Shown here one piece after another: positions 25,774-39,765 of a DNA stretch of 64,000 nucleotides. The translations under genes and the position numbers were made by a program. Source of the stretch: Octopus bimaculoides. Taxonomy: Eukaryota. Each line of letters starts with the position of its first letter. The first letter of the stretch is position 1. The stretch spans positions 92,429,908 through 92,493,907 of the forward strand of contig NC_068987.1 of assembly GCF_001194135.2 (NCBI RefSeq), read 5' to 3'. Below the pieces are notes generated by a model that saw only the letters and a program-made list of their open reading frames with translations, searched no databases and was not told the DNA's origin.

Positions 25774-28700
25774 GTATGTATGAATGATCATATACATAAA
25801 TGTTAAATATGATACAGCAACTACATAGATATTTATATACATATGTAGATAATTACTTAAACTATATAAAAATATACATATGTATGCTAGCCCATGACAC
25901 GTTGCTATATGTACTAAATAATATTCTGATTCATTTAATCACAGGTACGTCTGCTGTAAAGAAAATGTAAAATGATGTTGAAATAAAAAAAAATACCTTT
26001 AAAATTGCTTCTTCTTATCTACTGTTTTGAAACTAACGTTTTCAGAACTAATTTTCCTGCAACATATATTGTTAACATCGGCCACCAAATCTCTGTGTGC
26101 TTGTCATCTGTATAACTACGTAGCGCAACGTATTATTGAGCACGAAGGGAGAGAATTACCACATATTGCTCATGATTTTTGTATATGGATAGTGACAGCA
26201 GATATCTTGTGGATATGAGGAATTAGCAAGGTAGAACACCGGCAATTCTACATTATCTTATGCACGTGTCTCTTTTTCTTAGTAGCCTGAATGGGTCCTG
26301 CTTTTGTTATGTAATATGTTAAGAATGGTACGGAAGCTCCAATATTTGCATCATATCTCGTGACGCTTTTGGAATTAGAAAACTGTGGCGGATACAGATC
26401 CATGTGATAAACATATGCGATGTAGTTAACGCTTCTACGACTCCAAGATATTTAATCGATATAAGGCAACGGAGTCAACACCTCTGCGGATACGAAACTT
26501 TTCTTTAGAAAATGTGAAGTTCATCAACATTTTCATTTTTTACAGTTGAAATTTCTGATGAAGGCAGACATCAGTTGCTGCGAAGATTTTCATATACATG
26601 TAGAATTAAGCAAAAAATGGAAAGGAGTTTCAATGGTAACTCATTATAGCAGACTGACAGAGTAAAGAATTCTGCCTTCACCTTGCTGCAATAATCAATC
26701 TGCATGGCGTGTATGCCGAACATGAATCATAATATTGATAGTATTGCAATGACTTAAAACTTTCATATTACAACTCACAATAATTCAACGTTCTGAAATG
26801 GGCAAAATGTAACGAGCTGAGATGGACGCCGAGCGCCAAAGAGTTTAGTATATTTGTGTTCGTGCGTCGTAAAGGCTTAGAGAGCACGAAGTAAGAACAG
26901 TGAGAAAATGGTAGTCAGAACGATATATGGATAGGCTTTATCTACTAAATGAAATCAACGGTTAGTTGCAAATTCTAAAGAGAAATTTTTGAACGCAGTT
27001 TCGCAGTATGGCTGATGGTTCGTTATGAGTTATTTCTTGGAAAAAAAATCTTAATTAGCATCAATATCACCCAACATCGTAGTTAACTAAATGTTATTAA
27101 CAATGATGTTGATAAATGAATATAATTGGATAATTCAGAAATATATGTATATGTTTATATATCTTAGGGATCACTAGATACATGTGTCGTAATAATGTAC
27201 GTACTATTCAACAATCTTTAAGTGCATAATAATATAACGGGAACACACATTTATTCAATCTTCTCTACGTCATGTCCATTCATAACTTTACCGCAGCATT
27301 CAAAACCATAGATATATTTTTTCTTCAGCTTAGACCCCATAATATAAGGTATACTGACTGAAATAAAGAATATTTCTCTGAGATCGTAGAGGCTGCCGTA
27401 TTCGAGAACGTTCTGCTGTTACAACTTGGAAAGAGACTGCATTATATATGTCCAGGAAAGCAATTGAGTTTCGAAATTATTAAAATATCTTATTACGAAA
27501 GAAAGCATCGAAAAATCAATATTATGATATCAAAATAAATGTACGAGAAGTTAGACATTTTGATTAGAAAATGGTGAGAGCGTAAATATAATCATAACTC
27601 ATGAAAATTCAATTTTCTTCCTCGAATGATGAATTAGCGATGTTATTAACAAAAACAATATGCACAAACACTGAATATTTTCTACCATAGCATAGGCAGC
27701 TGGTGTTAAATGAGGTAATGAGATATGTACAGAAAACGTACACTCACGCAAACACAAACACACACACAACATAAAGAGAAAAGAATGAAAATCAAAATAA
27801 AATATGTAATAATGGCTTCATAATGAACGAGAATTAAACATTCCTTTAACGAATTGTTGAAATGCAGTTAGCAATCAAGATTACGAGAAGATGCAAATAC
27901 ATAATGACTATTTAGCAAATAACACCAAAATTCTTTGCAAAACGAGACACTAATATATTTTTCGTTTTGCATAACATGTTTTATATTTTTTTTTTTACAC
28001 TTCATTTCCCAATCTAAAATGCAATTAATGCAGCAGAAATATCACATAATGTAAGTAAATTTTCGAAACTGGTATATTTTGTTTAACTGAGAGAAAACAC
28101 GACCATAATTATGATTAGAAGAAAAACTAATACAAACATATGAGAACGTATGCATGAGTTTGTGTATGGATGTGTGTATATATATGGATGTTTGTATGCG
28201 CTTCTAAATGTCTGTGGATAACGCAACATATCCCATTATGCCATGTTTAATTATACATAAATCATAAATATAGACGTGTATATANNNNNNNNNNNNNNNN
28301 NNNNNNNNNNNNNNNNNNNNNNNNNNNNNNNNNNNNNNNNNNNNNNNNNNNNNNNNNNNNNNNNNNNNNNNNNNNNNNNNNNNNNNNNNNNNNNNNNNNN
28401 NNNNNNNNNNNNNNNNNNNNNNNNNNNNNNNNNNNNNNNNNNNNNNNNNNNNNNNNNNNNNNNNNNNNNNNNNNNNNNNNNNNNNNNNNNNNNNNNNNNN
28501 NNNNNNNNNNNNNNNNNNNNNNNNNNNNNNNNNNNNNNNNNNNNNNNNNNNNNNNNNNNNNNNNNNNNNNNNNNNNNNNNNNNNNNNNNNNNNNNNNNNN
28601 NNNNNNNNNNNNNNNNNNNNNNNNNNNNNNNNNNNNNNNNNNNNNNNNNNNNNNNNNNNNNNNNNNNNNNNNNNNNNNNNNNNNNNNNNNNNNNNNNNNN

Positions 28701-30010
28701 NNNNNNNNTGTGTGTGTGTGTGTGTGTGTGTGTGTGTTGATAACTGGCTATTAATGAAATCCACCTGAACCAACATATGCACGACAGATGAGAGCCTGGG
28801 TTTCAAATCACATAATTAATTATATTCGAACGTAATCTTTTCCGTATCAATGAACGGAAAATCGGGGATATACAAATAGCAATGTTTCATATTGCAAGAC
28901 TCACAACATTTTGGAATGTTCAGTTGATACGGTAGACTGACAAGACTTTCTCAAGATAAATTTCAATGAATTAAATAAAAGAGCTTGAAACCCCGATATT
29001 AAATAAGAATTGATGAGCAATTTTCTTCCACTTTTAGATTTTCTTTTTCCTATCAAGCACAGCACTGATTGAGCAATTATACTATAAAGGCATTTTAACC
29101 ATAATCATCTTAGACTTCATTGAGGCAGTTTGCAATCTTCTGATTTGTTCCTCCGATACATAATTTTTTTTAAAGAAACTGAAATTTGTTTCACGACATA
29201 TACACACAGTTATCATATGCCGCTGGGTATGCTATTATATGTTATTGAATACAATCATCCTCGATCGAATGAATTTTTAATTCTAACCAACGAAATTGAT
29301 ACAAAACAAAGTGTTGATTATATTGTATTTAGTCTAATAATGGTGATTAGCTTCTTTTCATTAGATAAATGTAAAATTATGCAACAATTTAGTAAAATTA
29401 ACACATGATAATAACAGGCATACATATTCACACACGCATATGCACATAAGCAAACGAAGTACACACTCATATATATGCGTTTATGTGCACACACACACAC
29501 GCACAGACACACACCCACATTCTTTTCTTTTTACATCTGCCTGCCACCACAAGAGAATATGTAATGTACTCTTCTACTTTTTGTGTTCTGTTTTGACATT
29601 AAAGTGTTTCGGTCCAACGAATTAATGTTCTTAAAGACAGAGCACATAGAGAGGCATACAGACCCTTACACCTCAACATCCACACACACTCAGTCACATG
29701 TTCACACACACTCTCTCTCTCACAAAAACACGTACGCTTTGACTTCGAAGTAAAATAAATGTCTGCTGGTTCTACATACAAATACGAAAATGAAAACAGC
29801 CGTTAGAAAAAGAGAGAATTGAAGTGATTCAAGGAAGAGAAAGGCTCAGGAAGAAAGCGGCATGTATATTTCGGGTGGAAAAGAGGTACAAGAGTTCATA
29901 TCTATAATTTAATGCAATATTTAATTTAATCATGAATTGTACATTCGATGGATTGGGATGTTGTTCATTGAATGAGCTTCGCTCATGCCATTGTAGATAT
30001 TGATTCCAAA

Positions 30011-30190
30011 TATTGGCACAAGACGAGCATTTTTGGAGGTGTAGGTAAGGAGATTACTGTGATCTCAGCGCTAAACTGATTCTTGTTTTATCAGCCTCGA
30101 AATGATGAAAGCCGAAGTCGACCACAGCGGAATTTGAACTCAGAGCGTAAAGACGGACAAAATGCCGGTAAGCGGTTTGGCCAGCGCCCT
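30011..30190 (-). mobile_element. SINE family A, diverged copy
   Basis: gatgaaagccgaagtcgaccacagcggaatttgaactcagagcgtaaagacggac aligns with 33975-34030. Confidence 0.8.
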
Positions 30191-31904
30191 CAAGCTGTGG
30201 CGAATATTCTCGCATAGATTAAGGCTGATTTGTTTGCATGGCGTTCGTCCTTATGTTTGAGTTCAAATACCCGCCGAGGTTTGACTTCCCCCCCCCAAAA
30301 AAAAATTGTTGGTCGTGTGCCGAAATTTGAAACCGATATTCTCACATGGAATATTGTATTCGGACAACACCATTGATATGAAATCAGTGAAATGATCAAA
30401 GTTATAAACGAATTTAAGCATTGCTTGACCATTGATTTTCTCCTCATATCATCTGAATAATCATGCTTATTGAATAATTATTACGTCAACACTAGTGGTG
30501 ATTTTTTTTCTTGAGCACTAGAACCCATACGTCCTATGAATAACCGAGATCACAGCAATACCCATAAAAGCGACACCAGTGCATTGCGGGATTCAGGACA
30601 AGCAGTATTTTGAGGGGAGGGGGTATTCGATTTCAAATATCATGTGTTACCTATGATTTCATTCGCTATTTTCAACATTGGTGTGTTGGCACAATAAGAA
30701 GCACATTGAACAAAATACCGCAAAGCAATTTGTCCGATGCACTAATGATTGTGCCAGCTCGCCAGTATTGAAAATGGAGAATAAAATTATAGATGACTCA
30801 TGATGTTCGTGAATATGTACTTTGATAGTGCATTAAGATGTTCGAGCAGGGTGAATTATCCATATCCAGAAATTGGTTTGAGAATGAATCCATTTTCACA
30901 AAAACTATATTATGTCTTCTATATCATTCGTGGTGTAGATATATATTCGCATACAAGAAATGAGGGTCTGTATGTAAACTACATCTACATTTACTCTATG
31001 TAGAGAAAGTCGACCAACGAAATTATGCTCAAGTATATGTCAGTTTATTGCTACTATGTGTAAGTATTCTTTCCAATTTCATTAAATTCCACAAATATGA
31101 AGATATGTTGTAATATAGAGTTATTTCAAAATGGATTGGGATATATCCGCTGTAAATATTATATTTGTGAAATACCTGGTTTGCCTGCCGAATCACTACG
31201 ACGAATTTAACGTAAAAACCGAACTGTTGATAGTTCGCTTGAATAGCTGTCTGACATTCATATTAACCGAACAAGTTGCATCTCTCAAATGAAACTACGT
31301 TTATGTCATAACTCAAATATTTCATTTTTCCTATATCTCCTATATTAGTGAATACATAACAAACAGGACGGATATTAAATTAGAATTTTTTTCTTGTATT
31401 TGAATAAAACATTACCGTGTGTGATGAAATGATTTCTGTATTATTCTGCATATCTCCGTAACGAAATATCCAATTTGTCATGGTTTAACATTTCATTTCC
31501 AAGTTGCACAGCAATTTCTTTGCAACGCAGTAGGAGTAATAATTTACTTGCTACATAACATGAGATATATCATGCGTTAACATCAGACTGCTTGCTTTGC
31601 CTAGGGCTTCCATTATTGACTTAATAACATGTTTATAGATCTCACATAACTGCTTGCTAACTGTTAAGATAAGACACATATGCATTAACACACATAAACA
31701 CACACAATCTTCCAAATAAACACACAGACGTGCGTGCATCAAAACGCATACACAAATGTAACAGCGCACTTACAAAGCATTTTCACTTTAATACAGATTT
31801 CCTATTTCTTCCACTTTATTTCAATATTGCCATAGAAAACTCTGCCGTCGTCACTACAGATTTAGTCCTTCATGTATTACACATTGTTTATTACAATTAC
31901 ACAT

Positions 31905-31947
31905 CATTCTTCTTCTTCTTCTTCTTCTTCTTCTTCTTCTTCTTCTT

Positions 31948-31978
<31 letters not shown>

Positions 31979-32022
31979 TACTTCTTCTTCTTCTTCGTCT
32001 TCTTCTTCTTCTTCTTCTTCTT

Positions 32023-32053
<31 letters not shown>

Positions 32054-32194
32054 TTTTTCTTCTTCTTCTTCTTCTTCTTCTTCTTTGTCGTCGTCGTCGA
32101 CGAAAAATAATATAACAGCAAGAATAAGAAAAACAGTAACAACAACAACAACAACAACAACAACAGCGCCAATAATAATAATGATGATGATGAT

Positions 32195-32261
<67 letters not shown>

Positions 32262-32262
32262 T
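31905..32262. repeat. Compound trinucleotide array (TTC)n-(GTC)n...(AAC)n-(GAT)n-(AAT)n
   Basis: Direct reading; source of poly-F/S/K/I pseudo-ORFs. Confidence 0.95.
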
Positions 32263-32267
32263 TAATC

Positions 32268-32485
32268 GTTTCTACTATAGGCACACGGCCTGACTGTTAT
32301 GGGGAGGGGTTAAGTCGATTAAATAGACCCCAGTGTTCAATTAGTAGGTTCTTAATTCATTGACCCCAGAAAGATGAAAGCTGCAATCGATCTTTAGCAA
32401 AATTAGAATTCGGAACGTAAAGACGGATGAAATGTCGCTAAGCATTTTGCCCGACTTGCTAAACATGCTGCCAGTTCACCATCTT
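32268..32485 (-). mobile_element. SINE family A, diverged full-length copy with adjacent (AAT)n tail
   Basis: ttaagtcgattaaatagaccccagtg...gctaagcattttgccc...ctgccagttcaccatctt aligns with 33915-34085. Confidence 0.85.
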
Positions 32486-32595
32486 GAAAAAGTAGAATTT
32501 CCTTCAGTACATAACTGATACTTTATTTATCCACCCCAGACAGATGACTATTTGAACAACAACAACATCGACGACGACAACGACAACTACTACTG

Positions 32596-32643
<48 letters not shown>

Positions 32644-32703
32644 ACAATAATAATAATATTAATAATAATAATAATAATGATAATAATAATAATAATGATA
32701 ATA

Positions 32704-32850
32704 TCATAGTAGGTGCCTTAGGTATAATAAAAAAAATATTCAGACAAATACATAACAAAAATACCAGGACTTACAAATATATATAACATACAGAAAATTG
32801 CACTACTGGGTACTGCACACATTCTACGCAAAACACTTTCAATACAGTAA
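32704..32850 (+). mobile_element. R4/Dong-type non-LTR element, extreme C-terminus (restriction-like endonuclease end)
   Basis: IIVGALGIIK(+1 shift in A-run)KYSDKYITKIPGLTNIYNIQKIALLGTAHILRKTLSIQ*, matching the RLE-clade terminal VGALG...QK.ALLGTA.ILRK motif. Confidence 0.8.
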
Positions 32851-33154
32851 ANNNNNNNNNNNNNNNNNNNNNNNNNNNNNNNNNNNNNNNNNNNNNNNNN
32901 NNNNNNNNNNNNNNNNNNNNNNNNNNNNNNNNNNNNNNNNNNNNNNNNNNNNNNNNNNNNNNNNNNNNNNNNNNNNNNNNNNNNNNNNNNNNNNNNNNNN
33001 NNNNNNNNNNNNNNNNNNNNNNNNNNNNNNNNNNNNNNNNNNNNNNNNNNNNNNNNNNNNNNNNNNNNNNNNNNNNNNNNNNNNNNNNNNNNNNNNNNNN
33101 NNNNNNNNNNNNNNNNNNNNNNNNNNNNNNNNNNNNNNNNNTAAACTACTGAGC

Positions 33155-33253
<99 letters not shown>

Positions 33254-33299
33254 AAGAATTATGATAATAATAATAATGATAATAATAATAATAATAATC

Positions 33300-33522
33300 A
33301 GTGAAATAATCAAAATTTATAGAAAAATCCGCAAGCTACTGACTTGTAATAAGATGCACCATGCACGGGCAGACGTGAATCGTCTTTACCTTTCCAGAGC
33401 TCAGGGATGTCGTGGCTTGATCCAGCTTGAGTTTACGTACAAAACCACCACAATCGGACTGGCCAAATACCTTGAATCAACCAACGATAGGATGTTGAAA
33501 CTTGTTGAAAAACATGAAATAT

Positions 33523-33524
<2 letters not shown>
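33300..33524 (+). mobile_element. R4/Dong-type internal fragment (post-RT region) between (AAT)n arrays
   Basis: KIRKLLTCNKMHHARADVNRLYLSRAQGCRGLIQLE matches RKLLT...H...DV.RLY..R..GGRGL of RLE-clade elements; flanked by (AAT)n/(AAG)n at 33155-33298 and (AAT)n at 33524-33603. Confidence 0.8.
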
Positions 33525-33587
<63 letters not shown>

Positions 33588-33859
33588 TAATAATAATAAT
33601 AATAGCCTCGATTTAATACTAGGCAGTTGCGTGAATGGCGTCTGAACGTTACTGATCAGAGGTGTTAACATGTGCGTGTTTTGTCTTGGAATAAAAGATA
33701 GGCTACAGCAAATATTCTGCTTAATAACGTAGATTTACTTGCGATTTGTTTGACCTTAACGAGATCACGCGTCGGAGTCGTGGGAGAGCATCATAGCCAT
33801 GTGTTGATATGAATTCTTTGTGGTTCGAATAATTTACCTCTGGAAACATGTGTGTTTTG

Positions 33860-34085
33860 TTCAATTTCTTTATTGCCCACAAGGGGGCTAAACATAGAGA
33901 GGACAAACAAAGGGGTTAAGTCGATTACATCGACCCAGTGCGTAACTGGTACTTAATTTATCGACCCCGAAAGGATGAAAGGCAAAGTCGACCTCGGCGG
34001 AATTTGAACTCAGAACGTAACGGCAGACAAAATACCGCTAAGCATTTCGCCCGTTATGCTAACGTTTCTGCCAGCTCACCGCCTT
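33860..34085 (-). mobile_element. SINE family A, best-preserved copy
   Basis: Minus strand: aaggcggtgagctggcagaa (A-box-like head), gttctgagttcaaattcc (B-box-like), core and 3' tail. Confidence 0.92.
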
Positions 34086-35504
34086 CCAAATGTGTGTTCT
34101 GTTCAACATCCATCAACAACACTTATTGAAGGATCTTTTAAGCGGGATGTGCTAATCAACATGAAGACATTTGCAAGCGAGCCCCACCTGCAAGTTCATG
34201 CGGTGTTTATCTTGATATTAGATCACCACGAGACGCACATATAGCTCTTATGCATTTTGTCTGGTGTGCATGTATCAGGCGGGTTGTGATGATGGGTGTA
34301 TTGTGCTTTGCATATTTGTACCCCATGTCACTTTCATGACATGTGCTGCTCTCTCACTCAATAAAAATATTAATAGTAACAATAGCGACAACAGCAACAA
34401 CAACAACAGCAACAACGACGATACGACAACAACAAGAAGAATTGTTGTTATTGTTGGGGTGATGGTTGGGGTGGTGTCAATATCACCTAAACTTCTATAC
34501 CTAAAATGACTTCTTTTGTGACAAAAATCTATTAAATTCTTATTCTCTCTATTATTATCATCTTTACTGGTGTTGTTATTGCTATTGTATTTGCTCTTAT
34601 TAATAATACTATTGTTGTTGATTGTGTTGTTCCCGCTATTATTATGGCGTGTTCATCGTGGACTCAAGCGTTTTGTGAGTTCAGCTTAGAGGACATTCCT
34701 TTTCATGACAATGTAATGAAAATGTTTTTCTGTCTTTCTTTCTCTTGTACATTTATCAATAAAACCTTTCGTGTATTTGATTGCCTACTGAATTGTAGTG
34801 GATTGATTAAGGAGATTCATCCTCAAACATTATATCAATATGTACATATTTGAACGTCTTCATAATTTTGTAAGTTTCCATTTTGATTGGTTAAGCCGTC
34901 ATTCAATTTTATCATTTTTGAGTTAACAGGAAATGGTGAGAGCTTCAAATTTGGTGACAGTGACTACTTACCCAAAATGTTTACCGAGCAAATTGAAAAA
35001 AACAGTTACATCGAAATATGACAACGCAGGAAAGAAACGGCTGGCAGGTGTTAACGCAATCATATACGAAATTAATAAAAGAATCCTCAAACACAAAAAA
35101 ATGCTCTGTGCCAACAATGACATCAGAAAATGCACCTAATTATGCAGTAGCTCTAGTAGAAGGAAAATATTAATGTAGTATTTCGCAATGCCGATGCAAT
35201 ATTTGCCGATATTTTTCCGTAGGAAAAGGAAGGGAAATGTGGCATACAACAGTTTCCTAAAAAGGTACTCAAAAAACATATGAATAAAGTATGGCAAGGT
35301 ATGTACTCTATCTATCTACTGGGGAAGTACATATGAAAATACGTACCTTATAATTAGAGACAGTCTCTCCATTTCCGAAATTGCTTTCAGTTTGCGCAAG
35401 GTCTATTCACAACAATGGAACATTTAAGCACACACGGAATATGTGTCTCTCCTTAGTAAAATGTGGAGCTATATCTAACAATGGCTGTGTTATTTATGAC
35501 ACAT

Positions 35505-35714
35505 CCAATTATTGGCAGATTCCACTGTAATATTTCATGACCCTCCGCTGTATAAGCGACAATGATAGGCACCTTCCTACTCTCTGGTGACCAAACGAGA
35601 CTGGCTTGTGGAAAAGTGCGGAAACCGATAGTTTCCAGTCTGGTGAAGGTTTTACTACTTCGTCATTTGGAAGGGGAACGATGGTGGAGAGGATAATTCT
35701 GTTCTCCTGTAAGT
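35505..35714 (+). promoter_or_regulatory. Candidate promoter plus first exon: paired CCAAT/ATTGG, TATAAG, ATG and GTAAGT donor
   Basis: ccaattattgg at 35505-35515, tataag at 35551, ATGGTGGAGAGGATAATTCTGTTCTCCT|gtaagt at 35681-35714; motif inspection only. Confidence 0.25.
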
Positions 35715-36399
35715 TCCTTAAATGCTAGGAAACGGCAGGAATCAATAGGTTTAGTCTCAGCATGCATATGTACCTGAGAGCAAATTATGTTGAATAAGAA
35801 TTTTCCTTGATAGTTATGATGATCAAGAGATTTCTCTTTGAATATGTGTGCTGTTCCTCACCACTCACTTTTATATCATGCATTTATATATTGTTCGTAT
35901 CTTTTATGCCATCCTGCTTTTCCCATTCAATTTCTGTTCAAACAACTACATATTTTCAATTTCTGTGAAATGACACATTCATCGCTCAACATGTTGGCAA
36001 ATATACGCCCCAAGGTGGGTTTTTCTATTATATTACTTTACATTAGAACACTGCAAAGAGCAAAAATCTAAGGTGGCTACTTGTAACGCCGCTTCATATA
36101 TTAGCCAGTGGTCTCTATTGACAGCCCATATGTCAAACCAGTGGTCCTGCTAAATGCCAGATTTCTATTATCAAATCAGCGGAAAAACCAATACCAGAAA
36201 GAGATAGTTACTTGTAACCAAGTAATATGCATGGCACCAACAAAAACTTATCAGATCACTCACATGGCTGATGCTGAGAACCACAGCGAAGCAGGCTGTA
36301 TTTCAAACTGACAAAAGAAAAGGTACTCATGATGGAACTGCCTTGTACATCCGGGAAGATGTCACCCTTGTAGTACTGTTGCCAAATGCATACTACATA

Positions 36400-38090
36400 C
36401 TAAACATATGTATAGGGTAATATGTACTATATATTGTCCAAAGGAAGATCCAAATCATAGGGACTCATTCGAAGAGAACCTCAAAAATATAGAACCATTA
36501 ACTAACCTAGATGACAGACTTCACATACTTCTTCTAAGAGACCTCAATATCCCTAATGTCGAATGTCCCTCAGGCCGCCTTTTTAGCAACCTGAATTTCT
36601 AAAAAGATGATTGGAAAGGTATTCAAAAAGACGTCCTAGAAAAAAACGGACTCCCCAGTCTCTGTACGCAGGATATTGATCTAAAACTATAGTACTTTAT
36701 GACCATCATGCATGAAATATGCAGTAAGTTTGTTGAAGAGAGAATGTCAAAGCGACACAAAAGCATAATCCCCAGGGATAGAAAGATTCTAATCAGACAT
36801 GCTGCAAAATCCCAAATCGATAATCAAACCGCTAAAAGATAGCGAAAATCTAATCCTAAACAAACACTGCTTGAGATTGAATATCAACTCAAATCGATTA
36901 CATAGACATAGAAAAAACTGATGTAATATCATCCATTGATAAAATGAACTTAAACTCAGCCTTACGCCCTGATGAATTCCCAATAATCCGTTTAAAGCAA
37001 TTGAAAGGAGCAGAGTCTCTTATCAAAATTCCTTGCAAATGGGAGTTACCAGAACGTTAAAGGAAGGCATAATATGTCCTATCCAGGAGGGAAGTTGCAA
37101 AGCGGATGCTAAAATTTATTGGACTACATCTGTCTCTCTAACAACATATGTCAGCAAAGTCATGTGATGACGCTGATCACCTTCCTACAAGATAATGACT
37201 CCTTCCTGATAGCCTATATGGCTTCTCTTCGGGAAGAATGTGCTTCACATATCTTCTGCTGAATTATGAGTGGGTGTTGAAACAACTAATAAATCACTCA
37301 AACGTGGATGTAATATATATTGATTTTGCAAAGGACTTTGAGAAGTTTGATCGTGGAATGATCTGTCACAATCCACGGCAACTCGGCATAGTGGAAAGCT
37401 ATGAGAGTCGTTGCATGGCTTCATAAAACACAGAAGCTAGGGAGTAGCAGACACAGGATCTTATCCAAGGTGAGAATATTAGCGAATGGAGTTCCTAAGT
37501 TAACTAACATGCAGCAAAAAAGAAAACCCTCCTCACCCAGAAAATTAGGCAAATCGCTGCAGTTGATATAAAGAACAACGCTTCGTTTCATGTACATATC
37601 ACTAAAGTGGTGGTAATTTGCACGCAAATTGCAACCGGATGGATTCTGAGAAATTTCAGAACAAAGGAGTAGGAAACGATGCTGGTTCTGTGAAGTACAT
37701 TTTTTCTCAGCTATTAAGAATACCATTCTCCACTGTGGTCAGTTCACAGTGTCAAATAAATAGCAGAGCTTGAGACAGTAGAGCGGAGCTACACATTGAA
37801 GAATTTACTAACGGAACACCTGAGCTACAGGAGGAGATCGAAGGAGATACGCCTCTACTCAATGGAACAAAGACGGGTGACATATGCAGTGACATATATA
37901 TAGAGAGGATCCTAGAGGGATTGACACCAAACGTTGGCATCGTGAGCGATATCAATCTCTAAACTCGACGTCAATACAGGGTACAGCGTTCCATAGGTCC
38001 CCACCATCCTGTTTAGAGCGAGTATCAGTTACTCAAAGGCTCGCAGCTATTTAAAATTTTGCCAAAGACGTTGAGAGATCTAGATGAAAT
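36400..38090 (+). mobile_element. Decayed CR1-type LINE: APE endonuclease, RT and C-terminal remnants
   Basis: LLLRDLNIPNVE (~36530, APE GDFN motif), NVDVIYIDFAKDFEKFDRG (~37301), IERILEGLTPNVGI (~37900); same family as 23490-24520. Confidence 0.8.
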
Positions 38091-38176
38091 CGTATAGGAG
38101 AGGTGAAACGAATAAAATACAAGAATAGAAGTGTACAGATGCATAATATACATACGTATATATGTATGTATGTATG

Positions 38177-38237
<61 letters not shown>

Positions 38238-38422
38238 ATATATACATATATATATATGTGTGTGTGTGCGTGTGTGCGTGTGTGTGTGTGTATATACATA
38301 CATACATACATACATACATACACACAGGCTGCGGTTAATAAACTGCTATCCAAATGATGCAAAAATGAAAATAACAGGTACATTTACCAAAATTACTTAA
38401 AAATATCTCGAAACACTAAGGG

Positions 38423-38665
38423 GTAGAGTTATTCAATAAAATCGCCATTCGCGTCAACCGCGGCCTCTAGACGACTTCGGAATCTCCTTCAACTCTTTTG
38501 GATGGTCTCTTTGTTCAAGTTGGTAAATGCTGCCATAATCCGTACCTTGAGTTCATCTTTGGTGTTACAAGGAGTTTTGTTGGTCTCTTGCTCAACTGCA
38601 CCCCACACATAATTATCAAAGGATTTGCAGTCTGCGGAGTTAGGTGGCCAGATGTTAAGGGTTAT
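38423..38665 (-). mobile_element. Tc1/mariner-superfamily transposase C-terminal fragment
   Basis: IWPPNSADCKSFDNYVWGAVEQETNKTPCNTKDELKVRI matches the WPPxSPDxNPxDxxVWG motif carrying the third catalytic residue. Confidence 0.85.
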
Positions 38666-39765
38666 GTGTAGGAGATCTGTCTTGGGGAAATTTGTAATCA
38701 TGGTAAATAAAAACTGAATGTGAAAGAGGAAAGAGATATACGTAAAGAAATGAAAATCAATACCAATAATCAAACGAAGAGAAAGAAAAATAGGAGTGAC
38801 ACTATAAATTTACAATTTCATTAAAGGTAATTGAAGAGGAACTGAGTTATGTGACGTAAAAGTCAAAGGGAAAAAGAAATAATTAGAAAGTGATTTGAAA
38901 TTTGTTTGACATATCATTAGGAAATATTCATATGAAACACTAGATGATTATTAAAATTGTACGTATATTCAATTCTACTTCATGGAGCTGAGATTGGGGT
39001 ATTTTCAAAGAGATTAGAAGACTTGTGAGGATAACATAGACAATAAGGAATGAAAGAAAAAAAAAGAGTAAGAGATAATGAAATCTTAATATTGGCAATT
39101 TAAGAGACATTTTATTAGACAACATGAAAGTAAGATAATTAAATATTTTCAATAACTGATTAGAAAGAAAATGAGGTTAGAGTGATTGTTAATAAAAAAG
39201 TAAAATTATTAGGAAAACAGGAAGAAGAAATCTAATTACGTGGATAGTAAATAACAAAATTTGGAGAGATGTAAGAAGCAGCGAATGTTGAAAGGGCATC
39301 TGGAGGAGAGATATTCACATGGCATTACTTTTTACTCGATCTGGGAGCATTGCAGAATAGCTATTTGATGATCGTTACTAATTTTGCAACACCTATACAT
39401 AAATACCTACATACATACATGTATATCTATCTATCTATATATATANNNNNNNNNNNNNNNNNNNNNNNNNNNNNNNNNNNNNNNNNNNNNNNNNNNNNNN
39501 NNNNNNNNNNNNNNNNNNNNNNNNNNNNNNNNNNNNNNNNNNNNNNNNNNNNNNNNNNNNNNNNNNNNNNNNNNNNNNNNNNNNNNNNNNNNNNNNNNNN
39601 NNNNNNNNNNNNNNNNNNNNNNNNNNNNNNNNNNNNNNNNNNNNNNNNNNNNNNNNNNNNNNNNNNNNNNNNNNNNNNNNNNNNNNNNNNNNNNNNNNNN
39701 NNNNNNNNNNNNNNNNNNNNNNNNNNNNNNNNNNNNNNNNNNNNNNNNNNNNNNNNNNNNNNNNN

